This document shows positions 58,217 through 64,000 of a stretch of 64,000 nt of DNA, piece by piece (the stretch's first letter is position 1; every line of letters starts with the position of its first letter). Below the pieces are notes generated by a model, which ran no database searches, had not been told where the DNA came from, and saw nothing but the letters and a program-made list of their open reading frames with translations. The DNA comes from Catajapyx aquilonaris (taxonomy: Eukaryota): contig KZ538393.1 of NCBI GenBank assembly GCA_000934665.2, positions 1 to 64,000 on the forward strand. The letters run 5' to 3'. The position numbers were made by a program, and so were the translations under genes.

Positions 58217-60960
58217 GAAGCGGTACATTCAGCCATGTAGGCGACGCAATTATAATAATATTACAACAGCCATAATATAAGACACCCAAAATTGATCGTG
58301 CAATTCAATTTCACGAATATCTGATGTTTTAAGGCCTTTCTTGTTGTCTTGTTGTTAATAAGAGAAAAATTCGCAATAGATCAATCGAGCTGCTCGTAAT
58401 AATTATCGCGGTTAAATCTAAATAACGTCCCTAAATACCTGCCGCAAGTTTAATAGAGTAACGACAATCCAAATGCTCGGAAAGTGTCGTTTTCACACAC
58501 GCCAAACAATTTCGTAAATGACTCGAATCGGAGCGTAACCGTTTACCCTGGCTGTTTATGTGGTGAAAAGAGGGACAAGGATATCCCCGTCTCCATCTCG
58601 GGTCATTTAATAAGCATAATTTAGGTAAAACTGGAAGCCCCCACACAGGCGAGATAGCGCTAATTAAGGAGTAGGCGTGTCGTAATTGCGGGCCTCCCTG
58701 AATACTTTTGGATAGTTGCCATGTGACCAAGGCAATGAGTGGGGGATGCATTAATTATGAACCCACTGCTATAAGCTATGGTCGAATACTTATGTGCCAA
58801 AAGTACGCGTATTGTGCAAGTCCACAGTAACAAGATCGGAGCCGCTACCTGTTGAAAGTTTTGCAACAATTATTTCTCTGGTTGCTGGAGTAACAATTGT
58901 ATAACTTATCCATCGATGTATATACAGTGGCTGCATGTGGCTGAAACATGAACATCGATTGTACGAACTGTAACACTTTTCAAAAAAAGAGTGACCTCAA
59001 ATTTTAGAACTATAAATATTGGATGTGCGGGACCTGCTGCTGGAAACATGTGTTAATCTTTTAGACAGGTCATGTTCAGCCATGTTTTCGCTTCCCCCTG
59101 ACGGCGGTGGAAGTAATAATGTATGTATGGGCAAATGCGAGACATTTTCCTCTGATCGATCAGCGTTCACGGTTCAGGAAGTCCCCGCATCTTGATTAAG
59201 CTGGACAATGTTCGCTCTTTTTTTTCTACTTCATATTCCTCGCCTCAAATATTGTTCGGACGGTGTTTGCTGGACGAAGGTCTCTCCCCATTAATGAGCA
59301 TTAAAACTAAGTGCACTTGGCAGCTCGGATCAGGCTTGCTTTATTTTGAAGGAGTCAATGATGTGTGGGTTAAATAGAATTGAAAATTTTTCTAATCATT
59401 TGATCAGCGTGTAGCAGTACAGTTAAAAGTAAATGTTACCGCAGTGTTTACTGTTAACATAAGAATTATTTTGGTTACACATTACAAACAAGCTGTTCCT
59501 CGAAAATTATTCACTATAGATACCACATAGTCTATATACAGTGTCGCTGAATAACTGCATATTTTGTGAAATTAAAATTTTGACACGATTACCTCTCCAT
59601 GGATCAAATATATGATTAATTTGCGGCGTTATTTATTAAATTTCTTGTTGAATGAATGATGCAAATATTACCATTTACATTTTCCTGCAGTGTAATCAAA
59701 TTTGTTTAATTCAATGAACATTCTTCCATGTGCTTCACAAGCATGGGACCAATGCAGATTGTCATTACATGGCAGAATGAACTATTTTAATTTTATAAAA
59801 TGATCACTGCACGTGAACAGTAGAAGGATGACGACGATTATTGAATTATTTCGAACATATAGGCATATTAAGTTAATACAATATTCTGTTGCGCTAATTT
59901 CGACTTTGGATCGCCCTTATAGGTAAAAATGGGCTAGAAATCATATTTAAATTTTTGAAATCTATGTGAAAGAGCTGCTCTGATTATGTAGGCCTATATT
60001 CTCTTGAGCAACCAAAAAAAAAAAAAAAAAAAAAACGTATTAGAAATTCTTCCCGAAATTCCATATAAGCTCTTTTATATACTATACGGGCCGGAGTACT
60101 CTATACCAGTGCTGGTGCAACCGGCTCTGATTATTATTGTTATATATAAACTATTAATAAATAACCTCGACTTTTCTATGTGCTGATTAGTAATGCTTCG
60201 AAAATCTAACAGAATCGCAATATCCGTATAATAGCCTACGTTATGTGGCCAATAGACTAATCATTTTCACTTCTTACAAAAATTGCGCAAAAACATGAAC
60301 TTTTTTTTTAGCTTCCATGTTATTGTCGGTGCGTCTAGTTGTATTCAAAATTGTGTATACACGTGTATAAAGTAGGTTACATATGTTGGCTTTTACCAAA
60401 CGATGGCCACAATTCAGGCCCCTTCCTTCTGCATCACTTCCATTGTTCCCTCCTGTATGGCCCCAAGAGACCACGAGGGAGGCCGACCCTACAAAGCCAT
60501 TCTGATTATAGAATCTTAACAGATTAACGACATCTCTTAGTTATAATGCATACGTTAATAAAGCAAGCACTAAAATTAATTATGAACTCTAATGCACGCT
60601 GAATACGTGCATAATAAAATAATCGGTAAAAATTCACGTCACAGAGTAATCAATAACAATCGTATCATTTTGTTCTGTTTGTTGGTTGGTTGGTTTGCTT
60701 GTTTCTTTGTTTCTTTGTTTATTTCTTTGTTTCAATATAAAAACATGCGCACCACACTTCAGAGTTGTATAGTATTTCAATCTTGTGCAGGTGTGTTTAA
60801 CTTGACGTCAATGCATGCAAAGGTTAAGATGATCAAACATATTTCACACTGTACCTGGTGTATTATTATTTTATGATTAGTTTTTTTTACCCCGTGATAC
60901 AACTGTAAGTCGTTATAGGGGGGTGGCATACCACCATCAGTTTTCTAGTATTTTATATAC

Positions 60961-61238
60961 TTTTTCAGTCTTCATTCTCCGTGAAGGGAAGACTGGGATA
61001 TAAGGAAATGGGGGTAAGGATAGGGATTTTTTTGGGGAGGGGACACTGGTGCAAGTGCATTGTCGAAAATGGGTCATCTGCAGTCCCCGAGAAGGCTAGG
61101 TTGCCAAGACGCTTCCTTATAGGCGCGGGCCAGAGACCCACTGACGCAGGCGAAAGGGAACTCCCGGGCGGGGATCTAACCCGGGACCTTCCACACAGCA
61201 AGCCGAGATGTTACCATCTCGGCCACCACGCCTTCCCC
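60961..61238 (-). mobile_element. tRNA-derived SINE-like element (~280 bp)
   Basis: Minus-strand head GGGAAGGCGTGGTGGCCGAGATGGTAACA...GGTCCCGGGTTAGATCCCCG, with A box TGGCCGAGATGG (61214-61225) and a one-mismatch B box GGTTAGATCCC (61171-61181); ends in a short A tail. GC-rich against AT-rich flanks. Confidence 0.65.
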
Positions 61239-63502
61239 ATACCTGGTGTATTATATTATGCTAGTGTGATGGTCAAAGTCTTCAAATTTCTCTCTTACAT
61301 GTTAACAGTTGAATGCGCTTTATGCAAATGAGTCTACCTGCAATTATGCAATAACCTGGTAGATCTTGCACCTTTACTCAATGGACCATTCAATAATTCG
61401 AAGTATTCCACGGTAAAATATGAACACACACCTTCAACAAAATCCATTGAAAATGTCCAGAAAATTATAATGATCCATATTGTATATTAGTTATAACCAA
61501 TATACAATATAAACTTACGTAAAATAAGAGGAGAAGTAATATTGTTCATTCCAACAACCAGCAGACTGAAGCAACTGACTTGTTGCTTCCATCCATTGCC
61601 TCTCTTTAGAGTGGTTGCTAAGGCAAACAATGCATTAAAATTCTCAATTTCTGGGCTGCGGCTTTGGTTAGTTCCTCACCATGAACCCATTGATCAATGA
61701 GTATTTACAAATACACTTTGAAATCCATATTTTAATATTTAATTCGCACTTTTTTTTATACGACACTCTATATCCATTAGCACATTCAATTGTGGTTGTG
61801 CAACCTAGTAGCCGAATGACGCAGTGCTCTATATACCCACACACACTCTTACAACATTCTCCTCTCTTGCCTCCCCACAATTTGTTTCGTCCCCCCCCCT
61901 TACGTAATTCCCATTGACACCGTACAAAAAAAGTAGATTTCCCCCCGACAAGCCCGCGACACTCGAAACGAGATTAGCGTGAAGATTACACTTCCGGGTC
62001 GGCTGTGTGAACTGCATTCCCTCTTTGCTCTTGCTTTTCCCCTATATATACACCTATAGTACTCTCGGATCGTGTATATGTGTGTTGGTATTAGAGAGAG
62101 GGTGGGTAGGGGGGGGCTAGAACGAGTGAGGTATAAAGTATTTGTGCAGCGGTGCTGTGATTGGAGAGTGTTCCTGTGGGACCGTCGCTGGCGCCAAGTA
62201 CAAAAGGAGTCCGGACATGGAAATGAAGTGTAATTGAAGTCCGCGCTTGTCCGACCACAATTGGACAAAGTTGTAAGATCCCCGTGATTACTGCGGCTGC
62301 GATTGTTGCCGGTTCCATTTACCGCGACATTTCCATCGATTAATCCCTCTCCTCTTGCCTACAAGGACACAAAGCTGGCAGTTAATGTGAAGGGATTACG
62401 GGGTCGGGCCCGGGATAAAAGCTCCAATTGCATTTGCGATATTGCCGCCCAAAACCCTGCCCCTAAGCCGCTCAGCCACTGGCTTATTGATGGCTTGCAG
62501 ATTAATGGCTACATACTGTTGCAGTACCCCCCTCCCCCCCCCGCCCAAAAAAAATCCCTTGGATTTAAAAAAAATACTTGGCCCAATCATTATGAAATTA
62601 ACTCGCCTCGACCAGGTTACACAGTGTGTATATAACCTGCTGATGTGATTGGTCGATTTGGTTCGCCCCCTGATAGGATGTGCGTAACAATCCGGTGCAG
62701 TTTTTGTTTTTTTATGGGACACAGATTGGATTCTGAGCCCCCCCTTTTGCCAACAACACAGAGCCAGCAGACGCGGAAGAATAATAATGTAGTGTGCACT
62801 ATTCAGCATGCCGAGAGCCTGATTAATTAAAACCACGAGACCTATCAGTTAAGCCATAGTATGGAGAGTCCCAAACTAGAAACGAAACACTGGTTATTTG
62901 CCTGTTTTTCAGCAGTGTACACACATAGGTTGATTGGAAAAGTATTAGTCTATTATTTTGGTCATCTCGGGCCAACTAACGAAAAAATTAGCCAATATTT
63001 CCTGCTTACATCGGAAATCAAGTCAATTATTAGCAGAATTTCAATGGGCAAATGTTTTATTTCCTTGTTTGACTGCTGCTGCCTTGTGTCGTGCGTGCGA
63101 CCAGCATGATGCCAATAAGTCAAGGGAGCCCTTCAACTGTGTGTATAGTATACGAGACATCACATCATCGAATCAGTGGTAAGTAGGGTGTTTCGTCTCA
63201 CCCTAAAACCCGGAACATGGGGTCCTTAAATGTGAACGAAACTCATTGTACAAGCCCCCACAGGAACAGATGGGGAAGGGATGGGAGGGTTTGAAGGGGA
63301 GGGTGGAGGGAAAAAAAGGCGAGAACAAATTCATGAGAGCGGGAGAGTGAGTCGAATGGGACCAGTTTCTATTCGACTCACGCCTCTGAATCACGCCCCC
63401 CCATGAGTTTGGAGACTTTTGCGGCATTTCCTATGGCACTCTTTCAGGTCGTCGCTGTTGAGTGCCGTGTCATAGTACCGGAGGAAAGTGCAGTTGCTGG
63501 GA

Positions 63503-64000
63503 ATGGCGGCCAGCGAGGCCAGGTCGTCGTCTTCGTCGTCGTCGTCTCCAGGGCTGCCGGTGCCCAGCATCACTGGGGTGCCACAGTCCACGTCGCATGA
63601 GCCAGATGAGCGCCAGACCAATCTCAAGCCGAACCAGGTAAGGTGGCCACTATCTCTGAAATTCATTAATAGACGCGGGGACAGACAGTGTGACGATGGT
63701 GTAATTCATTGAGACGCAGGTGGGCACCGTGCTGCTGTACGGCGTTCCCATCGTGTCCCTGGTGATCGACGGACACGAGCGTCTGTGCCTGGCCCAGATA
63801 TCCAACACCCTTCTGAAGGACTTCAGCTACAACGAGATCCACAACCGTCGAGTGGCTCTGGGCATCACCTGCGTCCAGTGCACCCCTGTCCAGCTGGAGA
63901 TCCTGAGGAGGGCAGGGGCCATGCCCGTGTCCTCCAGACGATGCGGGATGATCACCAAGAGAGAGTCGGAGCGCCTGTGCAAGAGCTTTCTAGGGGACAA
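63503..64000 (+). CDS. Skor: SKI family transcriptional corepressor (Skor/fussel/CORL), 5' part; exons 63503-63637 and 63720->64000 (truncated by window)
   Basis: NLKPNQ|VGTVLLYGVPIVSLVIDGHERLCLAQISNTLLKDFSYNEIHNRRVALGITCVQCTPVQLEILRRAGAMPVSSRRCGMITKRESERLCKSFLGD is the SKOR1/2-type Ski/Sno domain. 82-nt GT-AG intron; in-frame TAG upstream of ATG 63503; acceptor at 63447. Confidence 0.95.

Noticed and set aside
61165..61238. Functional tRNA gene
   Set aside because: B box mismatch and poorly pairing acceptor and anticodon stems; better explained as a SINE head.

Overview
Eukaryotic, intron-containing genomic DNA from an invertebrate. An arthropod is inferred from the EndoA N-terminus [15 protein letters not shown] and a large peritrophin; the species cannot be determined here. 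Gene order: orphan ORF (+, 1251-2255); decayed hAT transposase relic (-, ~3050-3400); Cks (-, 3 exons) head-to-head with cactin (+, 3 exons); a giant secreted peritrophin/mucin-like gene (+, 13 exons, ~2314 aa, 30 CBM14 chitin-binding domains, 21 of them near-identical tandem repeats); ABHD8 (-) head-to-head with mRpL34 (+); endophilin A (+, 11 core coding exons plus two candidate cassette exons); ~15 kb non-coding; then the 5' end of a Skor/fussel gene truncated by the window edge. Also present: a MITE with a 4-bp TSD, a tRNA-derived SINE, a perfect palindrome, microsatellites and a 271-N gap. Most interesting: the peritrophin's intron-carrying, phase-0, domain-registered exon cassettes; the ABHD8-mRpL34 pair matching the human arrangement; and small cassette exons in the EndoA BAR domain. 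Exon models were read by hand from GT-AG signals and frame continuity. No database searches were run; family assignments rest on recalled sequence similarity.
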